A stretch of 64,000 nt of DNA from a virus (IMGVR_UViG_3300045131_002463:34050-98049); one strand, 5' to 3'; counted from the stretch's first letter, positions 36,265 through 46,454 are shown. The notes: generated by a model from the sequence alone, not told the origin. Made by a program: numbers and translations.

Positions 36265-36972
36265 ATGGAACTTATCACTACGGAAGTTACCACCCCTTTA
36301 TCTGGTAAAATTTTCAAGATCAAAGAAGGAGATGGGTACACAGAACGGCTTTTGCTTAAGAAGGGCAAGAGGCTGCATCAGGTTATTCCTGATTACCTAG
36401 CTTCTCTTCTTGTTGAAATGGATGGTAATCCTTGCAAGACCTCGGATGTGCTTCAGTTTCTTGTACCTGATTATGAATTTCTGCTTATAGAAGCCTACAA
36501 AAATTCATTTGGAGATGATCTTACATTTGTCAATGTATGCTCTAATTGTGGGCAGATGAATAATCATACTGTTAATTTGTCTGAGCTTCCTATGATTGAG
36601 CTTTCAGAAAATTGTACAGGCGGGACTGATCCTATAATTGATCTGGTGTTGCCTAGAACTAAGTTGAGGGCGCGCGTTGGTTTTCTCACTGTGCAGAATG
36701 ATATGATTCTTAACGAACAGATGAGCGGACAAGGTTCTGTAGATTTAAATCAGGGTGATTATCTTTCATTGCGCATGCTTGAAGGATGTGATCCAGTGTC
36801 TTATGAAGATGTAGTGAAGTTGCCCTTGATGGATCATAAAGCTATTAGAAAAGCACGTCGAGAGTTGATAGCCGGGTATGATCCTCTTGTATCTCTTGTC
36901 TGCGAATCCTGTGGAAACTATGACGTAACGAACATTCTTGGTTTGCGTGATTTTTTATTTCCGAGCGGCTAG
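36265..36972 (+). CDS. tail assembly chaperone (T4 gp26-like, two CxxC)
   Basis: CSNCG, LPRT, CESCG, DFLFP; precedes tape measure. Confidence 0.72.
   Translation: MELITTEVTTPLSGKIFKIKEGDGYTERLLLKKGKRLHQVIPDYLASLLVEMDGNPCKTSDVLQFLVPDYEFLLIEAYKNSFGDDLTFVNVCSNCGQMNNHTVNLSELPMIELSENCTGGTDPIIDLVLPRTKLRARVGFLTVQNDMILNEQMSGQGSVDLNQGDYLSLRMLEGCDPVSYEDVVKLPLMDHKAIRKARRELIAGYDPLVSLVCESCGNYDVTNILGLRDFLFPSG
36951..36957 (+). other. programmed -1 frameshift slippery site
   Basis: T TTT TTA; the -1 frame is open into ATG 36984. Confidence 0.7.
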
Positions 36973-36983
36973 GTCGGCAGTAT

Positions 36984-37175
36984 ATGCTCGGGTTAGCTGA
37001 TAGAATATGTTTGGTTCCTAATGCTTATTTTAAAAATGAAAAAGAATTGATGGAAGAAGTTACAGTTATATCAACCCATACGGAAAATAATTCTATATCT
37101 GAAGTTATGTCCTGGCCCTCTCATTGGAGACGCATGCAATGGGACTTCTTGATAGAGCGTAAGAAGGAAAAGTAA
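36984..37175 (+). CDS. tail assembly chaperone frameshift extension
   Basis: -1 frame of upstream gene; SEVMSWPSHWR. Confidence 0.65.
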   Translation: MLGLADRICLVPNAYFKNEKELMEEVTVISTHTENNSISEVMSWPSHWRRMQWDFLIERKKEK

Positions 37176-37178
37176 TAA

Positions 37179-40100
37179 ATGGGCGAACATCATAGTAGAA
37201 CTGAACCTGGTAAAAAAACCTCAAAAGAATCTTATGACATTGTAAAAGGTTATGATAAAACTACAGGGAGAGTAACCTATGGTAGGGAAGTAGCGGAATC
37301 GGGGTTAAGTTATCTTGAAGTACATCTTGGCTTAGGAGAGACAGCTTTAAGGACTATGGAGGGTAACGCCAAGGCTGATATTTTCTATGCTAGAAATACA
37401 GCATCCGGGCTTTTTAATACAGATCCAGGTAAGTCCCCTACACCAGCACTACATAAGATTATGGGAGTGAGCTCAAGTCAGCAGGCGGTAACAAGAGCAG
37501 AAACTAGCGTTAAAAATGTATTTGCAGCAAAAGAAGTTGGTTTTAGGGGGGGAAAAAATGTTTTAGACTTAAGTAACTTTGTGGACTTATTTGGGGGTAG
37601 AAGAGCTTCTTTAAGGTTAGAAGAAGGATTAGATGTTTTTGATAAAAGAAAAGCTAAAACAATTGAGGAGAGAGCTGCTGGTGCGTTTGATGGGAGAGGA
37701 AATAGGATAGCAACCCCAGCGCCTATAACGGGTGCAACCTCAGTAACGTCCCCTACAAACATATTATTTAATAAACAAAAGGCGGGACCGGGTGTAAGTT
37801 ATGCCTCCAAAGTAGATAAAAAATGGGGAAATAAATACGGAACAGGCTCTTCCATTAAAAATGGAGATATACGTTTTGGTGATCCAGTCACTAGATTAAG
37901 AGAAGAGTATTTTAGTAAACAAGCGCTATCTGATGAGATTTGGAATAAGTGGCGTAGCAGGGGAGGGGCTACTTCTTTTTCTGATACAGAGTGGAATGGC
38001 AGGCTTAGGGGTAGGGATGCCGCTAGAGTGTATTTAGAGTCTAGCGGATTTAGAAGTAACGCATCCTTTCCTGAAGAACATCAATGGAGGAATAGACAAA
38101 GTCCATATTTCTCTGGGATTAATACTCCACAAAACGAATTCAATAAAGGGAGTAGAAGACCTAGGCTACATTCAGAATATTTAGGTAATGACTACGGGTC
38201 TGGGTTGTCTTTTAATAAAAATTTACCGGATGATTCTTCACAAAAAGCACAGTGGATTAAACCAGGAGGAGGAAGAACTAGTAATCTAACCAATTCAAAT
38301 GCTTCTATGATGGGTATGTCTGGACTTACCATGACTAATGCTGGCCTAGGGGGAAGTAATCCCCTAGTAGCCCAGTCTCTTTACGCTCTGCAAAAGATTC
38401 TTTCTACTCCAGTACCTGCCGCTACAAACAATGCACTTAATAGTATAATGGGGGTAATAACAGGTGTTCATGGGGTACCTAAGGGTGGTCTTTCTCAGGG
38501 TGAGCTTAATTCAGCTTTTGGGGGGGGAAATTACTATAAACCTTATTCCTCTACAGGCTCAGACGGAACTAAGTATACGGGATGGGCGGAGCCGTGGGAT
38601 GTAAAGAGACCTAATAAAGAATCTTCCCCGGGTTTCTTTAAAAGATTAAATAATGAACTTACGGGAAATATTCCAGTGCACCAGAAGTCAATGAGTGTGA
38701 TAGATAGACTATTTGGCGGTGGTGGAGGAGGAGAAAGTGGAGGCGGAGGAAGGGGCGGATTACTGGGCCAAGCACTAACTCAATTTAGACATGCTGCCAT
38801 ATGGCAGATGTATACTCCTGTAATAGGTGCAGTAGGGTATGGAACATACAGAGCGTTAACAGGAGACCCGGCTACAGACAGAGCAGCTCATTCTATGATA
38901 GGAGTAGGGGCAACGCAGGAACAGAGGGCAGGTGCAAGGGAATGGGCATATGACAGAACAAGTGTGCAACCATATAGTACTACTACACAGTTTTTAAAGG
39001 GATATAAAGAGACAGCTAGTGGGTTGGGAATACCCCTAACAGATAAAAGTGCTCCTATGCTCCAAAGTGCGGCAGAGAAAGCTAGACTATTTTCTATGTT
39101 CTCTATGGAAGACCCTAATGTTGCCGCTAGAAGACTATCAAGAGCGACCTTGATGGAGTCTAAAGCCAGGGGGATAGATTCACCTGAAGGTAAGATGGAG
39201 ATTTATAATAGGTTAGCCAATAATTTAGCTGGGTTATATGCAGAGAGTAGTACTAGAGGGCAAGAAACAGATGTAGCTATGCATTATATGGGACCAGCCG
39301 CTCTTGGTAAAATGAAGTGGGGATATGATGAAGCAGCCGCAGTAAACTCTCATTTTGTAGAGCAAGGTATAGCCGGATCTACCTCTGGTGTTTTTTTTAG
39401 AAACATGGCCTCTAATCCTAACGTTATGGCTGAGGCAGTAAAGGCCCGTATGTTTTGGGAAAAAGCGTATGAGAATAAAGCGGCAAGGGGAGGGAAGGAA
39501 CTACAGAGGCAGGATTTGCCTCTATCTTATTTGAATAAAGCGGCGTGGACTACTAATGGGATGGAAAAGAATCCGGAAAAGGCCGCAAGGGTCAAAGAGA
39601 TGCTTTATAGATCTAGTCAGGGACAGAAGATTTTAACTTCAGGAATACCCAATGATCAGCATAAATTTATGGGGCAAGCATCTCAAGATTGGCTTAGGTT
39701 ACAAGAGGCAGGTATAAAGGGCTTAGCACCGCCACAATCTATGATGCCTATGGTAGAGATGATAGGTCAGCAAACTCCACAAGAGTATGCTGATACTATG
39801 ACAGGAAATGTGAATAAAATTAAGCAAACTCCGCATCAGATGGAGCAGGCACGCACTGAAGATCATAGAATAGATACTGCTTCAGCTGGTGTTAGTGTAA
39901 TGTCTAATCAATGGAGTAATTATTTTGGCTCCTCTTTTTTAGGGGGCATAGCAAAATGGTATGGTAAGAAATCAGTAGCTAGTCACTATGGCAGTAAATT
40001 TACAAATTTATTATCTGATCAAAATGTAAAATCTAGTGACATCATGAAGCTTGTGGATGAAGTGCAAATGCAAAGAAACGCTGGAGTTCTGAGCGACACT

Positions 40101-40607
40101 GATATAGCTGGGTATAAAGCAGATTTTAAAATGGCAGCTTATAGAAATGCTATGCACGCTAGAGCTACTGGAGGGTCCGCGCCCATAAAAGAAATTTATG
40201 ATAAAATGCAGGAAGCTGGAATGACATCAGGTAGTTTTCTCCCAGTTTCTATGCAGAACGAAGGTCAGCAGCGTATTACTGAAGATCGCATGAAGGCGGA
40301 GAAGAAATCTATATCTGATATTATAAAAGAGGGTTTTCTGCAAGTACATATAGATCCTCAGCAGGTTACGGAATTGAGACAAGCACTAGGTGGAGCCGAT
40401 CCTTATTCAGTGAAGGAACTTCCTGACGGGCAGTTGCAGATTCAACTTAAACCTCCTACACGTAAACCAGAAAGTCCTAATAATCCACCCCATAACGGTG
40501 TTAATAATACTACAGGGCTACCATATACATGGGGATATGGACAAGGAACTGGTGGAGGGTCTGGAACTAGTAGACCGCCGGTATCCGGAGGAGTTATTAC
40601 ACAGTAA
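37179..40607 (+). CDS. tape measure protein
   Basis: 1142 aa after chaperones; YMGPAA..WGYDEAAA..QGIAGSTSG core motif. Confidence 0.75.
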   Translation: MGEHHSRTEPGKKTSKESYDIVKGYDKTTGRVTYGREVAESGLSYLEVHLGLGETALRTMEGNAKADIFYARNTASGLFNTDPGKSPTPALHKIMGVSSSQQAVTRAETSVKNVFAAKEVGFRGGKNVLDLSNFVDLFGGRRASLRLEEGLDVFDKRKAKTIEERAAGAFDGRGNRIATPAPITGATSVTSPTNILFNKQKAGPGVSYASKVDKKWGNKYGTGSSIKNGDIRFGDPVTRLREEYFSKQALSDEIWNKWRSRGGATSFSDTEWNGRLRGRDAARVYLESSGFRSNASFPEEHQWRNRQSPYFSGINTPQNEFNKGSRRPRLHSEYLGNDYGSGLSFNKNLPDDSSQKAQWIKPGGGRTSNLTNSNASMMGMSGLTMTNAGLGGSNPLVAQSLYALQKILSTPVPAATNNALNSIMGVITGVHGVPKGGLSQGELNSAFGGGNYYKPYSSTGSDGTKYTGWAEPWDVKRPNKESSPGFFKRLNNELTGNIPVHQKSMSVIDRLFGGGGGGESGGGGRGGLLGQALTQFRHAAIWQMYTPVIGAVGYGTYRALTGDPATDRAAHSMIGVGATQEQRAGAREWAYDRTSVQPYSTTTQFLKGYKETASGLGIPLTDKSAPMLQSAAEKARLFSMFSMEDPNVAARRLSRATLMESKARGIDSPEGKMEIYNRLANNLAGLYAESSTRGQETDVAMHYMGPAALGKMKWGYDEAAAVNSHFVEQGIAGSTSGVFFRNMASNPNVMAEAVKARMFWEKAYENKAARGGKELQRQDLPLSYLNKAAWTTNGMEKNPEKAARVKEMLYRSSQGQKILTSGIPNDQHKFMGQASQDWLRLQEAGIKGLAPPQSMMPMVEMIGQQTPQEYADTMTGNVNKIKQTPHQMEQARTEDHRIDTASAGVSVMSNQWSNYFGSSFLGGIAKWYGKKSVASHYGSKFTNLLSDQNVKSSDIMKLVDEVQMQRNAGVLSDTDIAGYKADFKMAAYRNAMHARATGGSAPIKEIYDKMQEAGMTSGSFLPVSMQNEGQQRITEDRMKAEKKSISDIIKEGFLQVHIDPQQVTELRQALGGADPYSVKELPDGQLQIQLKPPTRKPESPNNPPHNGVNNTTGLPYTWGYGQGTGGGSGTSRPPVSGGVITQ

Positions 40608-41068
40608 TGTATGATAGTGCAGACACAATATTCACAAGAGGTATGTTAATTCCATTAGACGGGGACGCTAGTGTAATTACTTTTCAGTGGAATCCTAATG
40701 CAATAATACAAGATAAAAAGATAAGATGGAATCACCTTAAAGTAGCAGGACGTGAGCAGCCATTTCAGCAGTATGGTTGTGGGGAAGCTAGGATATTTAT
40801 ATTTTCATTTACAATTTCTAGGTCAAACAATTCTCCTAATTTTGTGAAAATGGTGCAAGATCAGATATTAGAGTACACAAAACCCACTGCGGGTGGAACT
40901 GTTAAAAGGCCTCCATTAGCACAAGTAATTTTGGGTTCTTATCTAAATTTACAATGTATAGTGAGAGACATTAAGTTCCAACAGGTAGAATTCTTTGATC
41001 CAATTAACCTACTACCTACTTCTTGCGAAGCAGCTTTAGTAGTAGAAGAATATTTGCCGGACGAGTAA
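40607..41068 (+). CDS. tail tube initiator protein
   Basis: FQWNPN, QQYGCG, RPP motifs. Confidence 0.7.
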   Translation: MYDSADTIFTRGMLIPLDGDASVITFQWNPNAIIQDKKIRWNHLKVAGREQPFQQYGCGEARIFIFSFTISRSNNSPNFVKMVQDQILEYTKPTAGGTVKRPPLAQVILGSYLNLQCIVRDIKFQQVEFFDPINLLPTSCEAALVVEEYLPDE

Positions 41069-41070
41069 CT

Positions 41071-41445
41071 ATGGGATTTGATCCAGATTTTATAATAACT
41101 ATTGCAGGTGAAGACGTAACCAAATATGTCTTTCATTGGAAATTGACAGACGATGAAAAGAAGTCTACTCTTGATGTATTTATCAGGAACCCAGATCAAA
41201 AATGGTCAAATAAATTTGATACTGGAAAATATGTAGAGATAATTTTTGGGTATGTGGGAAACATGGGGGAAAAAGTCAAGATGAAGATTAAGGTATTGGA
41301 TGAATCTTATTCTGTGGACGCTAATCATGATTTTATACATGTCACTGGTGTGGATTGTCTAGACGATCTAGAAGGTAAAACTAAAAAATCAGGAGGAGCT
41401 AAAACAGAAGAAGCTACTGTAAATGGCTCCCAAAAGGCGCAGTAA
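41071..41445 (+). CDS. baseplate hub (gpD-like) N-terminal fragment
   Basis: PDFIITIAGEDVT, VEIIFGY. Confidence 0.6.
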   Translation: MGFDPDFIITIAGEDVTKYVFHWKLTDDEKKSTLDVFIRNPDQKWSNKFDTGKYVEIIFGYVGNMGEKVKMKIKVLDESYSVDANHDFIHVTGVDCLDDLEGKTKKSGGAKTEEATVNGSQKAQ

Positions 41446-41640
41446 ATGGCTTTAGACAATGTAGAAGGTAAGACTAATAAAGAGATAATAGAAGAGTTGT
41501 TACAAGAGAGTGGGATAAAAGTAGAATTTGATGACAATCTACAAACAGCTAAAATGAAAAAGGGTTTTATTTTTACGAGAAACATGAGCCATGCTCATAT
41601 TCTTGATGAGATGGTTAAGACCATGAGCGCTAAAGGATAA
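41446..41640 (+). CDS. baseplate hub second fragment
   Basis: KTNKEIIEELLQESGI. Confidence 0.5.
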   Translation: MALDNVEGKTNKEIIEELLQESGIKVEFDDNLQTAKMKKGFIFTRNMSHAHILDEMVKTMSAKG

Positions 41641-41646
41641 TACATA

Positions 41647-42027
41647 ATGGCAGAAGAAACTCCCTCCACTACTATGGCTGTTCTTGGGATAGGTGCAGGA
41701 AATAAGGGTAAATTCTTTACCGAAACTCCTGACTCCGCTGTAGCTAATAAATTAAAGAATGCAGCAGCTTCAGCACAGGCAGGTAAAGAGACTGCCTCTA
41801 TGATGCTGAGAGGATATCCCTTATTAAAGGCAAAGGCTACAGTAGAGGTTACTGGAGTAGGAAAAGGAAGCGGTGTGTGGTACTGCAAAACTGTAATTCA
41901 GGAATGGAATGTGGAACACGGTTACACAACTAATGTATCTATGACTAAAGGTAGTGGAGGAGGAGGCGGAGGTGGAAACAATGATGCCCATGGGGGAGAA
42001 TCTGTTAGAGGATCACAGGGAGGGTAA
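41647..42027 (+). CDS. baseplate hub C-terminal fragment
   Basis: GYPLLKAKATVEVTGVGKGSGVWYCKTVIQEW..GYTT. Confidence 0.6.
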   Translation: MAEETPSTTMAVLGIGAGNKGKFFTETPDSAVANKLKNAAASAQAGKETASMMLRGYPLLKAKATVEVTGVGKGSGVWYCKTVIQEWNVEHGYTTNVSMTKGSGGGGGGGNNDAHGGESVRGSQGG

Positions 42028-42033
42028 AAAATA

Positions 42034-42330
42034 ATGGCAGACTCTACATCTACTAGTGACGCAGTTATAAATACTACTAATCCTAAGAGAGGACCAAACC
42101 ATGCGTCTGCAGATATATATGCTTCTTCACCTACAGTTAAGGTAGGTCCAAGGAAACTGGATGCTGCTCCACAAGCTACGTTTCATTACGGTGACGGGAA
42201 ATGGCTTATGGTATTTAAGTATACAAAAAATGATAAGGCTACAGGCAAGGGTGGAAAGCAGCAAGGGCAAGGAGTATCTACAGATTCTAAGGATAAAACA
42301 AACGAAGAAAGCAGTGAAGAAAAGAAATAG
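42034..42330 (+). CDS. possible baseplate hub middle fragment
   Basis: VGPRKLDAAPQATFHYGDG. Confidence 0.4.
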   Translation: MADSTSTSDAVINTTNPKRGPNHASADIYASSPTVKVGPRKLDAAPQATFHYGDGKWLMVFKYTKNDKATGKGGKQQGQGVSTDSKDKTNEESSEEKK

Positions 42331-42343
42331 GAGAGAATAATAA

Positions 42344-42703
42344 ATGAGTTATGATTGTTTTGACTATGATGCTAGTGATAGCTTATATTGCGGGCATTCG
42401 CCTACTTTTCAAAACACCATGGATATGTGTACTCCTTCATTAGGTATAGTTGTTGATACTGCACCTAAAAGTCCAACTGGAGAGTGTACCGTTAAGGCAC
42501 CACTGTGGGGAAAAGAGGGTAATTACGTATCTTGTAATATGTATTCCGGTGGAAGCGTTTTAGGGTCCGGTGGTGGAAATACAGGCGATTGGGCTCCTTT
42601 TCAACCCGGACAGATTGTAAGAATAAGTTTTTTAGATGGGAACACAAATCAACCAGAAGCTTCTGTAGCAAGAGGTAAAATGTTTAAAACGGAGACCGCA
42701 TAG
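42344..42703 (+). CDS. spike gp5/gpV-type OB-fold domain
   Basis: GIVVD, GDWAPFQPGQIVRISFLDGNTNQP. Confidence 0.7.
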   Translation: MSYDCFDYDASDSLYCGHSPTFQNTMDMCTPSLGIVVDTAPKSPTGECTVKAPLWGKEGNYVSCNMYSGGSVLGSGGGNTGDWAPFQPGQIVRISFLDGNTNQPEASVARGKMFKTETA

Positions 42704-42706
42704 AAA

Positions 42707-43258
42707 ATGTCTGACTCAAGCGCACCCGATGAAATTAACAATATTTTTAAATCTGAAGGACCCGCTGGCCCCTCTAATGTACGTTTAGTTATGAATAACG
42801 ATGGTTCCACTGTTGGTTTTTTTAATGGTAAAAAAAATAGGGTTAATATGTGGATGAATCCACAAGGAGCAGGTATAGGCATAATATGTCCTAATTCTGC
42901 AGGTCCTGGTGATGGAAAAAAAATGGCCCCTGGAAGAAGGTTTACTAAGAGCCACTTAGCAGGTAATGCTGATTCCAGCCAACCTACATTTATGAAGATA
43001 AGTAATCCCGATGGAACAGGGATGTCTTTTGATAGTGGAGGAGGGCGTAAAAGTACTATTCTTATAGCTACAGGAGATGGACAAAGCGGAATTCTTATTA
43101 CTAAAGGATTTGTAGCTTTATTTGTAAATGGAACAGAATTAATTGTTCATGATGGTAAAGTTACTACTACATATCACTTAATACAAGAAACAAATAAAGG
43201 TGGCGGTAACGTATATATTAAGACTAATGGCGGAACTATCATGTCTACAGGAGCATAG
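42707..43258 (+). CDS. putative spike beta-helix fragment
   Basis: Gly-rich beta repeats after OB-fold gene. Confidence 0.5.
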   Translation: MSDSSAPDEINNIFKSEGPAGPSNVRLVMNNDGSTVGFFNGKKNRVNMWMNPQGAGIGIICPNSAGPGDGKKMAPGRRFTKSHLAGNADSSQPTFMKISNPDGTGMSFDSGGGRKSTILIATGDGQSGILITKGFVALFVNGTELIVHDGKVTTTYHLIQETNKGGGNVYIKTNGGTIMSTGA

Positions 43259-43269
43259 GGGTAACAAAA

Positions 43270-44073
43270 ATGGGATGCAGTCCGTCGGCAGGAGTTAGTG
43301 GGTGTTGTGGTGGAGGCCAGAAAGAAATTACTGGGCAGTGCTGTAAGTATCAATCAGAATGTAATGCATCGTGTCAGCAAGCAATGGCCCCTTTTACTAA
43401 TCCATGCTCTTCTTGTGGGGGTTCTGGAACAGAAGGCGGTGGAAATTCAGGAGGAGGGGGAGGTGGTTCTGGAAGTAATGATTCCGCAGACGCTATAATA
43501 TATGAGGCAGTACGTTATGAACTTTCTTTTGTGTATGACCCCGCTATTGTAGATTTCGCCTCTTCCTCTATAATTACAAACCCAAATGGAACTACATCAG
43601 TGGTGTCTTTTACTTCTACTGGTTTGTTTAGACTTAATAACACAGATATGACTTTAGTTACCAAACTCTTTATTAGTGAAACAGATAGTACAGGAGATGC
43701 AGTAGCTCCAGTTTTTGATGTATTAAATCCAGGGGACACACTAGTTTTTACGAAGAGGGACGATGAAGACGTTTTTATTTTTCTTAGGTATATCTCTCAA
43801 ATAGATAATGGAAATAATAGAACAATTACCGTAGAGTTTATTTCTTATTCAGGAGCATTTGCTGAGGGTAACGTAGCTCTCATGGATTGCTCTAGGAATA
43901 TTATTAAGATACCAGTAGGAGCTACAGTGGTGACCCCGTGCCCTGACTGCGGTGGGTCTGGGTTAGAAGGTGGAAGCGGACTAGAAGGTGTTATCCTAGC
44001 GGTATATAATGGATCTGCTGAATATGCTGGTGTTAGTAATATAGACATTTATGGCATTGTGCAGCCTTCGTAG
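43270..44073 (+). CDS. Cys-rich baseplate-region protein
   Basis: PCSSCGGSG and PCPDCGGSG motifs. Confidence 0.5.
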   Translation: MGCSPSAGVSGCCGGGQKEITGQCCKYQSECNASCQQAMAPFTNPCSSCGGSGTEGGGNSGGGGGGSGSNDSADAIIYEAVRYELSFVYDPAIVDFASSSIITNPNGTTSVVSFTSTGLFRLNNTDMTLVTKLFISETDSTGDAVAPVFDVLNPGDTLVFTKRDDEDVFIFLRYISQIDNGNNRTITVEFISYSGAFAEGNVALMDCSRNIIKIPVGATVVTPCPDCGGSGLEGGSGLEGVILAVYNGSAEYAGVSNIDIYGIVQPS

Positions 44074-44113
44074 TTTAGTAGTTAACTACAAAGCATATTA
44101 AAAAGGAAAATAT

Positions 44114-44983
44114 ATGAGTAGTACACGAGTGGCTCCCCATCTTGGAAAAGGTATAACTTTTCCCATACACATAAATAGAAACACAGGTGGACTACAAGTA
44201 TCAGAGGGTTTTTACGATTCTGTATCAGTAGCTGTTGCATATATTCAGGAAAAATGGAACCTACAACATACTGGTAATTTGGAAGAAACTACAAATCATG
44301 TAGCCGAGTCTATATATAATATTCTTCTTACACGAGAAAAAGAGTGGACACATCTTCCATGGTATGGATCACGTACTGCTCTTGCTTTATTTGAGCCTAA
44401 TACAGCTGAATTTCGCTTGCTTTTTAGTACTTACTTAAAGTTTTCTACGGAGCGCTGGGACAAGAGAGTAAGATACCCTATCGATGGGGTGCAGTGGTAT
44501 GACACAGGAATACAGACGGATAGAGGCGAGTTGCCATTAGTTGCCTCTGTTGAATATCAAACTCAGCAACATCCTAAGAATTTAGTACTCCCGTTTGTAA
44601 CTGTTCGTCAGGTTAGAGTTCAGGAATATCCCGCTAGTGTTGTGGATGATAATGGGCATGATCTAATTAGTCGTTACTACAGAAGAACCGCTTACTATCA
44701 AGATGACTTTAAATATATACGACTTATTAGAAATATAGATATGTATCCTGCTCCAGATGATATTTTTTATATGATAAAACCCGCTGATACTTGGATGCTC
44801 ATAACTTATGCGTTACTTGGAGAAGTTAGATATTGGTTTTATCCCTATTTATGTTATATTCAAGATAAAGCTAAACTAGGCGGGACTAGAGATATATTAA
44901 ATCCTGATATCTTACCAGAGCCTGGAACCTTGCTTAGAATTCCTTCAAAAGAACGTATCCTTCTTATTAATTCTCGGAGATAA
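44114..44983 (+). CDS. gp25/gpW-like wedge protein fused to LysM-like domain
   Basis: GKGITFP, ILLT, YGSR..LFEPN; C-terminal YMIKPADT..NPDILPEPGTLLRIP. Confidence 0.72.
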   Translation: MSSTRVAPHLGKGITFPIHINRNTGGLQVSEGFYDSVSVAVAYIQEKWNLQHTGNLEETTNHVAESIYNILLTREKEWTHLPWYGSRTALALFEPNTAEFRLLFSTYLKFSTERWDKRVRYPIDGVQWYDTGIQTDRGELPLVASVEYQTQQHPKNLVLPFVTVRQVRVQEYPASVVDDNGHDLISRYYRRTAYYQDDFKYIRLIRNIDMYPAPDDIFYMIKPADTWMLITYALLGEVRYWFYPYLCYIQDKAKLGGTRDILNPDILPEPGTLLRIPSKERILLINSRR

Positions 44984-44986
44984 TAA

Positions 44987-46435
44987 ATGCCTGTAATTAC
45001 AACTAACTTTACTGCACGAGACTACACAGCAATTTTTGAATGGCTTTTAACTATTCTCAGAGAAGAATGTCCTGAGCTAACTGATTATAATTACTCAGAT
45101 CCCGGGCAGGCGTTAATTCGTCTTTTCTCTCGTGTTTCTGATAGTCTCTCGTTGTATATAGACGAAGCTTTTGCGGAGTCTTTTATTCATTCTGCAAAAT
45201 TTAAACAGTCGCTTATAGACATTGCTAGATCTCTAGACTTAATGCCTAAGCTGCCTAATTCTGCAGTTACTACTATGGGACTTACTAGAGTAAGTGAATT
45301 TATTGGTAATGTAGGTGATACTGGAGTTATATACCTACCCCAATATACAACAGTTTCTAAGGATAATGGTATTTCTTATTTATTAAATGAAGCTGTGACG
45401 ATGCAAGTTGCGGACACATATGAAGAAGTGATGGTTAGTCAGGGAGTGAGGGTTTCGGAAACGTTGACGAGTGCTAATTTTACACAGGACAGGAACACCG
45501 GGAGATGGTTTTATAATATGGGTGTAGGGGTAGCGGCGGGCTCTGTTTCTTTTGTGGAAAATTCTGTAATAATCTGGGAGGAACAGGAAAGTTTTTGGCG
45601 CTCTTTTCCAACAGACGATCATTTCGTTTTAGAGGTCTATGCTGATCTTTATAACGGAATAGCGGATACTATATTTTTTAGTGTTGGTAACGGTGTTCAA
45701 GGAAAGGCGCTTTCTTCTGGATCAACCTACACTCTTAGTTATATAAAATGTGATGGGGCGGCAGGTAATACGGGCGCTGGAACTATAAATACTATAGATA
45801 TAGATAATAATAACGTAATGCTAACTGTTACCAATGTTGCGTCAGCTACTGGTGGGGCTGGGGTAGAACTATTAGAGGATTACAGGATTAGAATCCCTAA
45901 AGTTGTTAGAACTCAAAGAAGAGCGGTAACTAAGGAAGATTATGAAGCGTTGATCCTAAGCGTTCCTGGAGTTAAAAGAGCGCAGGGTATAGATAGAAAT
46001 GATGTAGATTATGAGTTTCCCTGGGAATATGTTGTGGTGTATATATCGGCTGAAGGTGGTGGAGACATGTCTAGCACTCTATATAACTCTGTAATGGATG
46101 TATGTAGGGAAAGAGGCGCACTTGGGGGTTGGTATAAAAGGTACTTACTTTATAATGCAATTGAATATCCTATAGATGTTACTGCTACAATTGGGGTACA
46201 ATATGGATATAATCCATCATCTGTAATTTCTTCTGTAACTACCGCAACTAATTTGTTTTTTCATGTTGACAACAGGGACATAGCTGAAGTATTCTATATC
46301 GGTGATCTGCACACTGTTTTAATGGCAGTACCCGGTGTTTCCTGGGTGGAATTTACAGATGACGTAATTAATACAGACCCAGGAAATGGAAATATTATTA
46401 CATTAGGATCTTTAACTATAATAGTTTCTGAGTAA
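44987..46435 (+). CDS. baseplate J/gp6-like wedge protein
   Basis: FTARDY, SDPG, GAAGN, ATGG, RAVTKEDYE, VPGV. Confidence 0.88.
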   Translation: MPVITTNFTARDYTAIFEWLLTILREECPELTDYNYSDPGQALIRLFSRVSDSLSLYIDEAFAESFIHSAKFKQSLIDIARSLDLMPKLPNSAVTTMGLTRVSEFIGNVGDTGVIYLPQYTTVSKDNGISYLLNEAVTMQVADTYEEVMVSQGVRVSETLTSANFTQDRNTGRWFYNMGVGVAAGSVSFVENSVIIWEEQESFWRSFPTDDHFVLEVYADLYNGIADTIFFSVGNGVQGKALSSGSTYTLSYIKCDGAAGNTGAGTINTIDIDNNNVMLTVTNVASATGGAGVELLEDYRIRIPKVVRTQRRAVTKEDYEALILSVPGVKRAQGIDRNDVDYEFPWEYVVVYISAEGGGDMSSTLYNSVMDVCRERGALGGWYKRYLLYNAIEYPIDVTATIGVQYGYNPSSVISSVTTATNLFFHVDNRDIAEVFYIGDLHTVLMAVPGVSWVEFTDDVINTDPGNGNIITLGSLTIIVSE

Positions 46436-46436
46436 A

Positions 46437-46454
46437 TTTGCAATTGATTGCAAA
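46437..46454. promoter_or_regulatory. palindromic site copy 8
   Basis: TTTGCAATTGATTGCAAA. Confidence 0.65.
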
